From contig JBHGNT010000022.1 in the NCBI GenBank assembly GCA_043228905.1, positions 5,766,001 to 5,830,000 on the forward strand: a stretch of DNA of 64,000 nt, written 5' to 3'. The number at the start of each line of letters is the position of its first letter. The stretch's first letter is position 1. The notes beneath the pieces are model-generated. The model ran no database searches and was not told the DNA's origin. It saw only the letters and a list, made by a program, of their open reading frames with translations. A program made the translations under genes and the position numbers. This DNA comes from Azolla caroliniana. Its lineage: Eukaryota > Plantae > Polypodiophyta. This document shows positions 23,562-35,634 of this stretch, in pieces.

Positions 23562-24426
23562 TTGGAGGGAGGATACTGGGAGTCCGTCAACTATTTCCAA
23601 GGTACCCGAAACAGTGATGGATGATCTTATCAAAGGTATAAAAGATCTTTCATTACATGTTGCAAAGCTATAAGAAGAAAAATCCTCGTGGCCCCAAAAA
23701 GATTATGAAAGAAGATGCATATGGTGTGATAGCGTCGACCATTCAAGAGGCGGGTGTGATAACTATCAAGAAGCGATAAACAAAGGGGTGATATTCTTCA
23801 AATATGGTAAGATTCATTCTTCTAAAACTAGATTACCTCTCCGAACTAACTTTAGAAGAGGTGGTATGAGAAGGATCATTGAAGATGCGGAAACAACTAG
23901 GACGCAAGTTGTCTATCAACCAACAGCTACAGTCATCCATTTTGGTGAAGGAGGATCCGAATCTGAATTTTGGCCGTGTATTTTGAAAGCTGCAAGAAAG
24001 GGTAAAATCGAGTTTGAAAAGTTGAAGTTTGGAGGTGATGTTGTCCGAAGCAATATTGGTTGGGAAGACCCAGTGGATGGCCTCTCAGCTTTCGCAAAGG
24101 TTGCAACAAACCAAGCCCATGAAGTGATCATGGAAGAGAAACGGAAATGGGCGGAAAATTAAGATAACAAAAAGAGGGAACTAAGAAGCGCTAAAAAGAG
24201 GGAGACAGAAAGTTTGAAAGTGGTAACCCTTAACATTGAAAAAGGTAAGGAAAAGAAGAATCCCTCATTCAAATTATTATCTAATATTGAAGCTTCAACT
24301 GATTTAAAAAATGTATTGGAAGAAAGAATTTTAGATAACAAAGTGGAGCTTTCCTTGAGGGAACTTTTAGGCATAGCTAAAAAGGAATTTCATGAAGCAA
24401 TAATAGATGGAATTAAAAGAAAATGG
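23562..24426 (+). pseudogene. Ty3/gypsy gag fragment related to the element at 57729-63360
   Basis: RRCIWCDSVDH and KLLSNIEASTDLKNVLEERILDNKVELSLRELLGI match YRCVWCDSVDH and KLRSDIEQTTSLRKVLEERVLNSRIDLTSRELLGI. Confidence 0.8.
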
Positions 24427-24544
24427 TGTCGTGAAAATACGTCACTATGTGCGGAATCGTGAGGCGGAACCCTCGGGGTTATGGACGGGAAGGAAATAGA
24501 GCTCACACACACAACACAAGGAAGGCTTACACAAACAAGGCACG

Positions 24545-25345
24545 AGTATTCGAACATGTTTGCGAAAAGGCGAGGTCCATGGGCAAGTCCGAATCAACCC
24601 CTAGTCACAAGGCGAACGAATGCACGTGAGGAAGCCTTACACACGGACACACGAGGAAAATGCTTACTTACACACACGAGAGACAAAGTTTCGAATGCCT
24701 TTGTGAAAAGAGAGGTGCATGGGCAAAGCCCGAATGCTCCCTTGTTACAAGACACGCGAACACACAAGCAAGGTTTACACACGAGAGACACAATTTCGAA
24801 CGCCTTTGTGAAAGGAGAGGTGCATGGGCAAGCCCGAACGCTCCCTTGCCACAAGTCGCACGAACACACAAGCAAGATTTACAATAACACGCAAGACACG
24901 ATTTCGAACACCTTTGTGAAAGGAGAGGTGCATGGGCAAGCCCGAACGCTCCCTTGCCACAAGTCGCACGAACACACAAGCAAGATTTACAATAACACGC
25001 AAGACACGAAATTTGAATGCCTTTCTGAAAGGAGAGGTGCATGGGCAAGCCCGAAACGCTCCCTCGTCACAAGACACACAAACAGATAAGCACAAATGAC
25101 AATAACGTATAAGACACGTAAGTTTGAATGCCTTTGTGAAAGGAGAGGTATATGGGCAAGCTCGGAACGCTCCATTGTCACAAGACACACAAACAAATAA
25201 GCACAAATGACAATAATATATAAGATACGTAAGTTTGAATGCCTTTGTGAAAGGAGAGGTGCATGGGCCAGCCCGAAACGCTCCCTTGTCACAAGACACA
25301 CAAACAAATAAGCACAAATAACGATAACATATAAGACATGTAGGT
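24545..25345. repeat. ~105-135-bp tandem repeat inside the LTR, 7 units
   Basis: GCCTTTGTGAAAGGAGAGGTGCATGGGCAAGCCCGAA core near 24561, 24697, 24802, 24910, 25019, 25130, 25241. Confidence 0.92.
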
Positions 25346-26378
25346 GAAACCAAACATTAGTTTATTACAATATAATAGATTCTTTTATAAAATAAGAATC
25401 TATTTTACAATGGGTTTGACATGATAATGAGAGGTAATTTATAGAGGAAGGGGGAAGAAAGAGAGAGGTGGAGGAAAGAAGAGAGTGGAATATAGAAGAA
25501 GGCGATTCTTTGTTGATGATGCCTCTTGATGTTGTTGATCCTTCTTATTTTCCCTCAATTGAGTAGAGCTTCTGCATTCCTTCTTCCTCTCCCCCTTCTT
25601 CACTAGAATAGACTCTTAATTATAGGTTTAGGATTGCTTGCCTTTTTCCCCTAAAAAAAAGCTTATCTATATGAGTCGACTTTTCTTTTCCTCACCGTTA
25701 CGGGCATGACCATATAATATCCCGTGGTCAGAATTTACCGTAGTATTCTAGACACGTGAATAAGTGTGAGGGTTAAACAAGAGTGTAAAGAAGGGGAGGA
25801 TTACTTTTAATCCTCGGGATTGAGAAAACCCATTAGGCCAAGTGTGAACATGGCTGGGGCCCTTGGGTATCTCTATAAATAAGAGGCCTAGCTACCCTCA
25901 TTTGATCATCTTGTTTACTACGTCGAGACTCTGTCTTGTGGTGGGTCAAATCTTGTAGCAAGCACGCCAGCACCAGGTACGACTCGACGCCACGACGGTG
26001 GTATGGGACGCCAATCGAGGCTCGAGTCCGTCTCGATCCCTTCGCTCGGGGGTGGTCGGGTGGATCGACACCCTTCGTTTTCTCTCTCCTTTCTATCAGA
26101 TCTATATTCTATCCTTATCTAATGCTTACATCAATCTATGTCTCTAAAAGTTGGTATCAGAGCTCATTTTCTAATGTTTCTTTTGTTGTATTTTGTGTTC
26201 TTGATTGATGGCGATCGATCTACGTGCCGTCGGCCTTCATGTAGACAAGGATAAGCAAAGGAACTTTGGTAATCTTTCTTGTTTTTTTTTGTCTATTTTT
26301 TCGTCTCCCATCTAATCATGTGTATGGTTAATATGTAGATTTTTTTCATTAATTCAATGATGTTTTAGTGGTAATTCA

Positions 26379-27123
26379 TGTTAGGAAACAGGTCCCTCCG
26401 GATGGGAAGTGAGAAGAACAGTGTTGATATTGGCCTCGGCCGAAACCGGATGTGGAGTACCCGGCAACGGAAGACCCGGTAAGAACCGGATGTGGAGTAC
26501 CCAGCAACGGAAGACCCGGTAAGAACCGGATGTGGAGTACCCGGCAACGGAAGACCCGATAAGAACCGGATGTGGAGTACCTGGCAACGGAAGACTCGGT
26601 GAGAACTGGATGACGAGTACCCAGCAAGGACGACCCGGTGAGAACCGGATGTTGCAGGCCCGGTGAGAACTTCTCACCGGATGAAGGGACATATATATGT
26701 AAATATGTTCCAGAGAGCCCACTGGGGCTATATTTTGTAAATAGCCGAAAGTCATATTAGTATAAATATGACCTAGGGCAAACTCTGTTGTGGTGTTGTT
26801 GTTTTTGTGTGTGTAACGACTGTACAGAGAGAGGACAAGAGAGGAAGAGGTTGTTGCCTTTGTTGTAACCGCCTGGTGGCGAAGCGAGGGAGCAAGAGGT
26901 CGTTGCCTATGTGCCCCATTGTTGTAATCTTGATATAGTGATATTTTGTAGTCTGAGGGCTGCCGTGGTTTTTCCCATGTTTGGGTTTTCCATGTTAACA
27001 TCCAGTGCACTCTCTTCTTTACTGTTTCGTGTGTAGATACATCTCTCCACATCCCTGTTTTCTGTGATTGATCCGACGTCTCGGTTGTGGCCGAGCATAG
27101 CTTAGGGGAGCGTATTACTATCA
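26379..27123 (+). repeat. Copia-family solo LTR
   Basis: TG...CA ends, perfect TSD ATTCA; TATAAATATGACCTAGGGCAAA motif shared with the Copia LTRs at 49822 and 54540. Confidence 0.92.
26446..26652. repeat. 40-bp tandem repeat (~5 copies) in the U3 region of the solo LTR
   Basis: CCGGATGTGGAGTACCCGGCAACGGAAGACCCGGTAAGAA units. Confidence 0.93.
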
Positions 27124-27149
27124 ATTCATTGGTTGTATAAAACGTTTAC

Positions 27150-27405
27150 ATATGTGTATGAGGTCAATACCTCATTTGACGTATATTGAATATGTGATGA
27201 GTGTCGTATGCGCACGAGGTTAATACCTCAATTGCGTATTACGTTCACAAACATATGTTACGTTTGCGTATGAGGTCAATACCTCGCTTTGTTGTAAATG
27301 ATATGTGTTTGGTCTCGTATGCGTAAGAGGTCAATACCTCAATTGCGTATTACGATTAACCCTTATTTTTGGATATCTTGTGTGCGTAGAGGTATATGCC
27401 TCGAT
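27150..27405 (+). repeat. Five ~56-bp-spaced stem-loops in the chromovirus 5' UTR
   Basis: GAGGT-(C/T)AAT-ACCTC at 27160, 27216, 27272, 27327 and variant GAGGTATATGCCTC at 27389. Confidence 0.8.
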
Positions 27406-28583
27406 TACATCATTTTTGGCTATTAAATATAACGATTTGTTTAATATAGGCATATGTGGTCACGTGTATACGTAGTTGTTCGTATATATGTGATAATATA
27501 CATATGTGTATATAAGTTATTACATGATTTTAAATTGAATGTTTTCCTTTACGAGGAAAGGATCTTGGTGGCCGTCCTCACATTTTTGTGAGAATAGCGT
27601 TGTCACCATCCCTTTTTTCAACAAGTTTTTATTGTTGAAATCCCCGTTGGTGACTTCGATATTTCGTTACGTAAAGAAACTCCTATAGCCATAATGATGT
27701 TGAGTACGTAGGTCTTGACCCACTTCATGTGAGGTCGCTCCTATGACACACATATCCAACATCCCTCCCTCGTTACATGGATACGATGCCACCATGAGAT
27801 CATTCTTACGAGAGGCATTCGTAATGACGTAACCATGTGATGGGCCACATGGGCCTACTACGAAAAGAGGGCTCATTTGGCTTGACCATTAGGTTGCACT
27901 TTGGCGTATGCCATCGTAATTACGAGACTTGAGGTTAGGTAACGTACCAACATATTTTGTAGTAAACAAGGGGGAAATAAGGACTCTTGACATATATGTT
28001 TCTTTTTAAAAAATATTCATAGGCAAATGCCTCGCATATCTCTTATACGCATGGAACATTAAACATTCAAGAAGAGCAACCTACTTGGTTGGCTAAAGTG
28101 TTTAATGCATTTGTTCTTGAGGGCTCGAGTTCAAATATGACTAAGACCATACAAGATCATTGATACATATCACTATAACACATGTTTAGACTTGAGGTCT
28201 AAGTGCACTTCGGGGTCCTCGTAATAGGACTTAAAGAGTCGAAACCACATATGTGGGCATCGAAGCATAGTTTATTGTTAACATTTTTTTCGTGTATAAA
28301 CTATTCATGACGCGAACATACATGGTTGAGCCTCGGGGAGCCGCCATGAAAAAATCAATATAGAGATAAGGGAAAGCCATTAATTTGTCACCCCCATGGT
28401 TTTTAAAACACCTTTGTGTTACCATAGTAACTTGATCTTGAACCTCATCTCATATGTCTAGAGGGGTATTGACGTGAGATCATGATATCGATTAATGTTT
28501 CCCATGATATGTTTACATCAGGACATGATGTTATGACTATTTCTTTGACCTTATCCTATTTCTTTTCCAGAAATAATCATTTA

Positions 28584-29300
28584 ATGGCTCAAAATAACGA
28601 CCTGATGTCATCCGCTCAAGCGGAAGGAACTCAAGGGAATCCTCCTGGACAAATGTCCATTGAGATGTATTTTTCACAAATAAGCCAATATCTTAGTTTC
28701 ACCGCTCAGTAGATGACCAAACTTCGGCAATCTCAAAGTGCTCTTGAGGCATGTGTCATTAGTTTACAACGTGAGACTAATAAACCTGATGAGTGACAAG
28801 GTGAACCATCGTTTGTTGTTAAGCCATTTACGGGATACAAAAAGGAAAGAACCGAAGAAGCAATCTACACGTGGCTGGGCCGATGGGAGTCTCATTTTGA
28901 GCTCTATCCCACGCCAGATAGTACGAAGATTGCATATGTAGGCTGAGAACTAGGGGGTATGGACGCTGCCTGGTGGCGTGGGTTCCGTACTTTGGGGAAA
29001 TTGCCCGATACCTGGACAAATTTTGTCACAGTTTTCAAGGGCCAATTTCTGCAACCTCCCTCTCGAATCGAGACAACACAAGATTTAATGAACCTCTCTA
29101 GGAGGAAGTTTTCCTCGCTAGAAGATTATGTCCACCATGCTAGAACCCAAATCCAAAAGTCGGGTCTAGAAGGGGACAATAGGTTAATAGCTTGTTTTGT
29201 CAATGGCATCCCCAATTCGGACTATCACTAGATAGTGCACGATAAAGATCCAAAATCCTTCGAAGAGTTTGTTGAAATAGTTCTTCGCTATCAACACACT
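28584..29300 (+). pseudogene. Chromovirus gag, N-terminal part
   Basis: DAAWW...TWTNFVTVFKGQF...SLEDYV...FVNG retrotransposon-Gag pattern; cut by the insertion at 29301. Confidence 0.8.
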
Positions 29301-30074
29301 TGTGAAGGATCTATGTATCAATGGAGTAAGCTCCTCGATGTCGTGGCAGGATTCGGACCGGCGTACACCCTCTTGATGGCGAATCGGGTAGAGATGGCTG
29401 TCGGATACCTCCGAGCCTCACACTCACTTAACGATTAGTAAATGATTGAGCACGATATCTCTCTCACTCTCTTAAGCTCTCTCTCATAGACAATTGGTTA
29501 ATAGATATAGACAATAAGAAGGAAGAGTATGTTTATTAACCCTCTTTTCTAAGAGGTCTAGCACCAACAAGGCGAGAGATTAGTGTTCTCTATCTAAACA
29601 CCTCACTAATCTCTCTTAAGCTCAAAGGTTACAAGAAGGAGGAGAGGAAGCTCTAGCTCTAATCAATAGGAGATCTTAACAAATGGGAGAACCTCCACAA
29701 AGCCACTACTATGTGGTTTATATAGCTTTCATGTTTAGGGCATGTGCCTTTCACACTTGAACGTCTCTTTGCATTCTTTTCCTCTTGCCGTTCCCTCTTC
29801 GTACTACGTCCTTGTTGATGTGCTCTTATTCGTGATTGGTTGTGTTGTTATCCCAACGCTTAACATCCCCCCCAACCTAATGAGTGCACACTCCTGGGTG
29901 CACTGTGGGAGGGGAGCTTCGGGCATCGGGGGTGAGTAGGATTGAGTAGGGGGGTTCTTCGGGGGGCGGGTGGCACCGGAGATGATGGCGAAGACGGCAG
30001 ATGTTAAGTGGTGGTAGCCGGATTTCCTGTAGTTGGTCGGTTGTTGTGGAGAAATCTTTCTTGGGGCCGGTGAG

Positions 30075-33000
30075 CTAGGTGCAGGTGTTGTGGCCAGTGA
30101 AGGGAGAAGGGGGGTTTCGACTAAAGCTTATGTAAGAGGGGGAAAAATGTGTGTCAATCATGGTTTCAAAATCTCGTTTGTAGGTGGCGGGGAGTACGTT
30201 GACGCGGGTCCAAAGGCCGACTAGTTGGCGGCGAGTTGGACCTTTATTCAAATTAAAGGCGAGGCCCCACGCTGGGTGGTTGTGCCGTTGGAAGGGGGGG
30301 GCTTCGTATGGGCCAGAGTCAAGGAGGATGAGTAGAAGTTGTAGAAAGCGAAGGCTCGCTTGAATGTCGGGGTCCGAGACGTCGAGGTATGTACGTAGGA
30401 ATCTTCGCATGACCCGGATCATGCTGGGTTCGGTCGGGGATGTGCGCGGGGGTCGGGGGAACAACGACCAATTGAATTGAAGAGTGGGTAGGCGTGCCTG
30501 GGCGGCTCGAAAGTCGTGCCATGGCCAACGACAAGGGAGGGGAAAAAAGGTGGGCTGGTGCGCAACTCGGGGGGTTGGAGGGCGAGCCATTCACGGAAGG
30601 ATGTGTGTGCGAACCAAGGGAGACGCCACGTGGGTTGGGTGCCGGGTGGTTCGAGGAGGGGGTCGGCGACGGGGTGGTGCCACCCCCGAGTGGGGGTGGG
30701 GTTTGCGGCCGCCCAAGTAGACATCTTATCGCGGTAAACATGGGGGTAAAGGAAGATGTTGACTTGGGGTTCGGAGGCGACTTCGGAGTAATAGGTGTAG
30801 AGGCGAGTGAGGAGTAGGGGGGTCTCGCAGAAGTCGAACTCCCAGGGGATGGGGGCGGCAGATTGATTGTCAAGGTGAGTTTCCCAACCGGTACCGCTTT
30901 CGATGCAAACAAGGGCAGTTTGGAGGCCGTGGGTGAGTTGGTAGCGGTTTGGAGACCGCAACGTTGAATCGGGCGCTCGGGGCGTGGAGTAGAGGAGGTG
31001 TAGTGAATATGGGGGGGGGGGGGGGGGGTAGTTGTTGGTGGAGCATGAGGTGGGCAAGGGGGTGGTTGAAAGGGAGAGCTTTGCGGAGGATGACCTCGGT
31101 GAATGTTCGACCGGGGTGGGTGACGACCCGTGTGTGGAGGGGGAAAGGGTCGAGTGGTGGGGGGGGGAAAGGGGTGGGCCGAGGGGGGTGTGCGAAAGGG
31201 GTTGTCACCGAACATGGGATGTGTGTGGTCGGGGACGTGGTGTTCGCTGAGGTGAGGGTGTGGAGTTGAGTGGTGAGGGGGGGAGGGAGGAGGTGGGCTG
31301 GTAGGTGGGGGAGGTGGTGGGGGTGGTGGGGAGGGAGGGTGAGGGCGAGGAGGCAGCTGGGTGTCGGGTCCATCAGGTGAGTCGTGGTCCCACCCTAGGT
31401 CAATCTCCAGTGGGGGGGAAGGGGGGTGCGGGGGTAGGAGGGCACGAGCACGAGCCTCGTCGAATGTCATGAGTTGATACTCACGAGAGACGTCGAGGTA
31501 TAGGGCTAATTCTGGTATGTCGTCAGCCTCGAGGTCGGTGGGCCAGTTGAATGTGGCGTATTCGATGTTGAATATGTGAGTACGAACCCCGACGTCTTAG
31601 GCGGTTTGCCAAGCGCGTATTAGCCAGAGGAAACCGAAACGGGGTACGGAGGTCGTAGTGTTCTCCAACAGGGTGCGGGTGAGGGTGTTGGCGATGTGGT
31701 GTAAGCGCACCAGTGTTGCGAAGAGGTGGGCTAGCTTGTCTTCGGTGACTTGCATCGTGACATCAAAAGGGTAGGTGAAATAGATCAGGTCGGAGATGTC
31801 TAAGTCGGGGGTGAGGGCGGTGTGAAGGTAGGCCATACCTTCGAGGAACAAAATAGGGAGGTGTTGGGGGAAGAGGTCGCCGGCTGGCGGAGAAGGTTCT
31901 TCGGTGGCTTCTTGATACAACATGAAGAGGGCAAGGGTGTGGTTGTCTTCGGGGAGTACTCGGATGAAGGTCTGCCGGTCTGGGGGTGTGGCGTCGTCAA
32001 AGAATACGCGACGCGTGGTGGCCAACGACCGAAGGACGCACGTGGCTTCGATGAGGAGGGTGCGCGGTGTGCATGGTGCAGTGAAAAGTTTGGAGAGCAG
32101 GGATGTGGAGGTCACGTACTCCGAGAGTGCCTGAATCATATTCGGAGAGCCAGTTGGGGTAAGGAGAGGTGTCTGAATGGTGGAGGGGTCCGTCACGCCG
32201 GGGATGAGGGCATGTTCAAGGGCGGCTTTGGACGTGCGGAGTTTGAGGATGTCCTTTTCGAGGTCGGCACACTGACGACGATGTTTGATGAGGAGACATT
32301 GGTTCTGTTCATTGGCGACTTCGACTTGGTGGACCATGGCGTCACGTTCAACCTTGAGGGTGGTGATCTTGCTCGTGAGTTGGTGAGTTGTGGCCATGGT
32401 GGTGGCCAGGGCCTCAAACCGTTCAGAGAGATCAACCGTCACGGCTGCGAAGCGGGCCTTGGTTAGATGGTGTTGGGTGGTGAGGCGGACATACTCGGCC
32501 GAGAGTTTGGCATGTGTTTGTGTTGCGCGTTCCTGGTTGTGGTGCCAGGTTGTCCGAGCTTGTTGGAACTCGTCAGCGAGTTGTTGGTGTCGGGTTTGCG
32601 TCGCCAGGAGTTCTTGCTTGAGGAGGTCATGGGCGGCCGCTTGGCACGCGTTGGTTTGGAGGGTGCTCCGTACCTTGGCGGCCAATATCTCGTTTCGTGT
32701 AGAGGTCTCATGTTGGTTGGTGGCGGCCTGTTGGGCCTGTGCATGAACTTGAAGTAGACGACGGTTGACGACAGCAGTCATCTTGAGGAGGTCGGCCACC
32801 ATGTCGGTTAAGGGTTTGGAGGGGACGGCGAGGGAGGGGGTAGGGTGGGTAGTAACTGCAGTGAGTGGGGTAGAGCAGGGCACGGAGGTCGGGTGGGGTG
32901 GTGGCGGGGTTGTCATCTGGGCGAGGGTGATGGTGGGTTGAAGGGGAATGGCCGGGGTTGCGGGCGATGGCCGGTCGGGGGTTTCGGTGTCGGGAGCGTT

Positions 33001-34190
33001 GTGGCGGGCGAGTTTATGGGGTCGAAGTTGCGGGGTGTCGTCGATGGTGGTGGGCAGGAAGGGCTAGGTAGTTGCGGCTGGGGTGGGGGGTGAGGATTCG
33101 TGGGGTAGAAGGGTTGGCGAGGTGGGGGCTGGCGGGTTCCGTTGGTTACGCAAGATTGAATCAGTTGTGCAGTTGCGGGTATGCGGAGTCGTGGTTGTGT
33201 TCTGATGTGACACATAGTGGAAGGTAGTGGACAAGGCCTGGATTTCGGTGAGGGTGAACTCATGCGTTTGGAATTCCTTGACACGATTTGTGATATCCTC
33301 AAGGGTGTTGAGGTTAGCTTCGGTTGACACGTGGGTGATCGGGGGTTGTTTGTGCGCCGATGGCCGTTCCTATTCGCCTTGGTGTACCTATCGTAAGAAG
33401 TCGCATTTGGGGAGGCGAAGGCGCTCGGGTTGGCCTGGAATAGTTATCTTGCGAAAGTGTTCTTGGCAGCGTATGAAGGGAGGGGCGGGGGGTCCGATGC
33501 TGAACTTTGCGCACAAGTAGCGGGTGAGGAACCACGCGAAATTGACAATCGATTTGGGCCGTGTGTGCCATTCTCGGACCCGGCAGACAAGCTCATGAGC
33601 CCACTGGACCGGTTGCAGATCATGTGCCCCCTTGAGGTACTCGCCGGTGATACGGGCAATGGCATCGGTAGATGCAGTGTCGCCGATTTGGGCAATTGCG
33701 CTACAACGATCGTGGAGATGGAGAGGGATTTCGGTGTAACGCCAACCTTCGCATTTAGAATATTCGGCGTAGGTGGCAGGAATGATGCCAAGGACAACTC
33801 CAGGGTTCCTCGTGGTGCAGAAGGGGGCGTCATTGAGTGGTAAATGCAGCGTAGCGCAAACGTTGGCCGCAGTGAACTGGAATGCGATGGGGGGAGGGAA
33901 TCCGCAAAAGCTTGCATATCGACATGGCCCGTGTCGGGTTTGTACCTGATGAGGAAACGGTTGACCAACTCGGGTAGGACGCCCCACGGTCCGATCCTGA
34001 GGAAGAACTTGAGGTCAAGTCGTGAGAGGGTGATGAACACGTTGGGTTCGAGGTACTTGAGCTACGTGGCGGCCGTGGGGACCCGGTAAGTACATTGGGT
34101 GTTGTTGAACACCACTGGAATGACTAAGGAACCGCACCCTGTGTCGGGGTAGTACGCGTGGAGGAGTTTGACGAATTGGGGAGACGTCAT
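30075..34190 (-). pseudogene. Accessory (eORF) polyprotein of the 15.7-kb Gypsy: Athila-ORF/plant-transposon-like N-terminus, Pro-rich linkers, coiled coil, unknown C-terminus
   Basis: ATG at 34190 is in frame with ORF 33444-34040 (LPELVNRFLIRY); then 33388-33987 (IVNFAWFL), 33064-33330, and 31597-32916 reading through one TAA into 31470; then 30419-31057 and 30075-30590. Confidence 0.65.
31597..32916 (-). CDS. 439-aa open segment of the accessory ORF (coiled-coil protein of unknown function)
   Basis: Longest uninterrupted non-pol ORF; Q/A/L/E-rich heptad-like region followed by a globular-looking segment. Confidence 0.6.
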   Translation of the reverse strand: MTTPPPPHPTSVPCSTPLTAVTTHPTPSLAVPSKPLTDMVADLLKMTAVVNRRLLQVHAQAQQAATNQHETSTRNEILAAKVRSTLQTNACQAAAHDLLKQELLATQTRHQQLADEFQQARTTWHHNQERATQTHAKLSAEYVRLTTQHHLTKARFAAVTVDLSERFEALATTMATTHQLTSKITTLKVERDAMVHQVEVANEQNQCLLIKHRRQCADLEKDILKLRTSKAALEHALIPGVTDPSTIQTPLLTPTGSPNMIQALSEYVTSTSLLSKLFTAPCTPRTLLIEATCVLRSLATTRRVFFDDATPPDRQTFIRVLPEDNHTLALFMLYQEATEEPSPPAGDLFPQHLPILFLEGMAYLHTALTPDLDISDLIYFTYPFDVTMQVTEDKLAHLFATLVRLHHIANTLTRTLLENTTTSVPRFGFLWLIRAWQTA

Positions 34191-34320
34191 CGTTTGCAAC
34201 CTGCGGGGAAAATATTATTATAGTTAAATTCGGTGACGAATCCCGATTGGCGGGGTGGGGGAATTTGGGTTCGGAAGGGTAGCGGGAGAGATATTGTTCG
34301 AGGTAAGCGGGAGGGATTTT

Positions 34321-35124
34321 GTTCAAGGGATTAGCCCCCTTGAACATGTGTCCTTCGAGGAGTTGGGCTCCTCGGACAATGTGCGGGTTGAGGATGTGGG
34401 CTCCGCGAACCTGTGCGGTTCGAGGAGTTAGGCTCCTCGAACAATGTGTTTTATTTATTATTTTCCTTCAATTCCTGCTATTTAATTTATTTGTATTTTA
34501 TTTACATTACTTTTTTTACAAATTAATCTGAATGTAATTTTCCCTCGTTTCCTAGTTTTGGGAAGGAAGATATTAATGTCTGTTTGGAGGCGCTATCTAT
34601 TTAATAATTATGTCCAATTATCCTACCTCCTCGAACAATGTGCGGTTCGAGGTGTTAGGTTCCTCGAACAATGTGTGGTTCGAGGGGTTAGACTCCTTGC
34701 ACGTGTGTGGTTCGAGGAGTTTGGCTCCCCAAACAATTTGTGGTTCGAGGAGTTTCTAGACTCCTCGCACGTGTGTGGTTTGAGGAGTTAGGCTCCTCGA
34801 ACAATGTGTGGTTCGAGGAGTTGGACTACTTGCACGTGTGTGGTTCGAGGAGTTAGGCTCCACGAACAATGTGTGGTTCAAGGAGTTAGACTCCTCGCAC
34901 CTGTGTGGTTTTAGGAGTTAGGCTCCTCGAACAATGTGTGGTTTGACTCCTTGAACAATGTGTGGTTCGAGGAGTTAGACTCCTCGCACATGTGTGGTTC
35001 GAGGAGTTGGGCTCCTCGAACAATGTGTGGTTCGAGGAGTTAGACTCCTCGCAGATGTGTGGTTCGAGGAGTTAGGCTCCTCGAACAATGTGTGGTTCGA
35101 GGAGTTAGACTCCTCGCACGTGTG
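34321..35124. repeat. Array of ~18 palindromic 32-33-bp hairpin repeats
   Basis: TTCGAGGAG-TTAG(G/A)-CTCCTCG(AA/CA) units joined by CAATGTGTGG or CGTGTGTGG; an AT-rich gap at 34450-34625. Confidence 0.93.
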
Positions 35125-35489
35125 TGACAACGACGTGGCGGTGGCCATGGCCGTTGCAGAGGAGTGAAGTGCAGGTGTGGCGAAACGAGAGGGAAGAGGG
35201 AAGGCCTACCCGAGGCGTGGGTAAGCAGGGCGTGCAGGAGACGAGGTGGCCGCTGGGGCAGGTGACTGATGGAGTAGGAACAGGAACACCGAGGGTGGGG
35301 ATCCAAGGGCACCGAACAGAGAGAGGGGTGAGGGGGTGGAGGGGAGGAATGGTGTGAGGGAGGAGGGAGAAGAGTGCTACAGAGAGGGTAGCGAGAGGGA
35401 AGGGGACAAGAAGAAGGAGAGCTAAAAAAAGAGAGAGGGGGGGGAGGGTAGAGAAAAGAAGAAGAAAGAAGAAGAAGAAGGAAAAAATA

Positions 35490-35567
35490 AACCGTACAAA
35501 ATAACTAAATAAATAAAATAAAAAATAAAAAGAATACTAAAAAATAAAATAAAGAAAATAAATAATG

Positions 35568-35634
<67 letters not shown>

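Noticed and set aside
23010-23633. 207-aa ORF as a gene
   Set aside because: Chimera of an antisense Gypsy fragment, Copia RNase H and solo-LTR sequence.
24545-25345. CRISPR-like array (conserved ~37-bp core with spacers), also at 56285-56975
   Set aside because: Spacers are themselves repeated, the array lies within plant LTRs, and there are no cas genes.
30319-31470. Extensin/formin-like host gene
   Set aside because: Pro-rich segment lying between matched LTRs; it belongs to the accessory ORF, and the frame shifts in C-runs.
34321-35124. Palindromic repeats as a CRISPR array or terminators
   Set aside because: Linkers are ~10 bp and nearly invariant; eukaryotic retroelement context.
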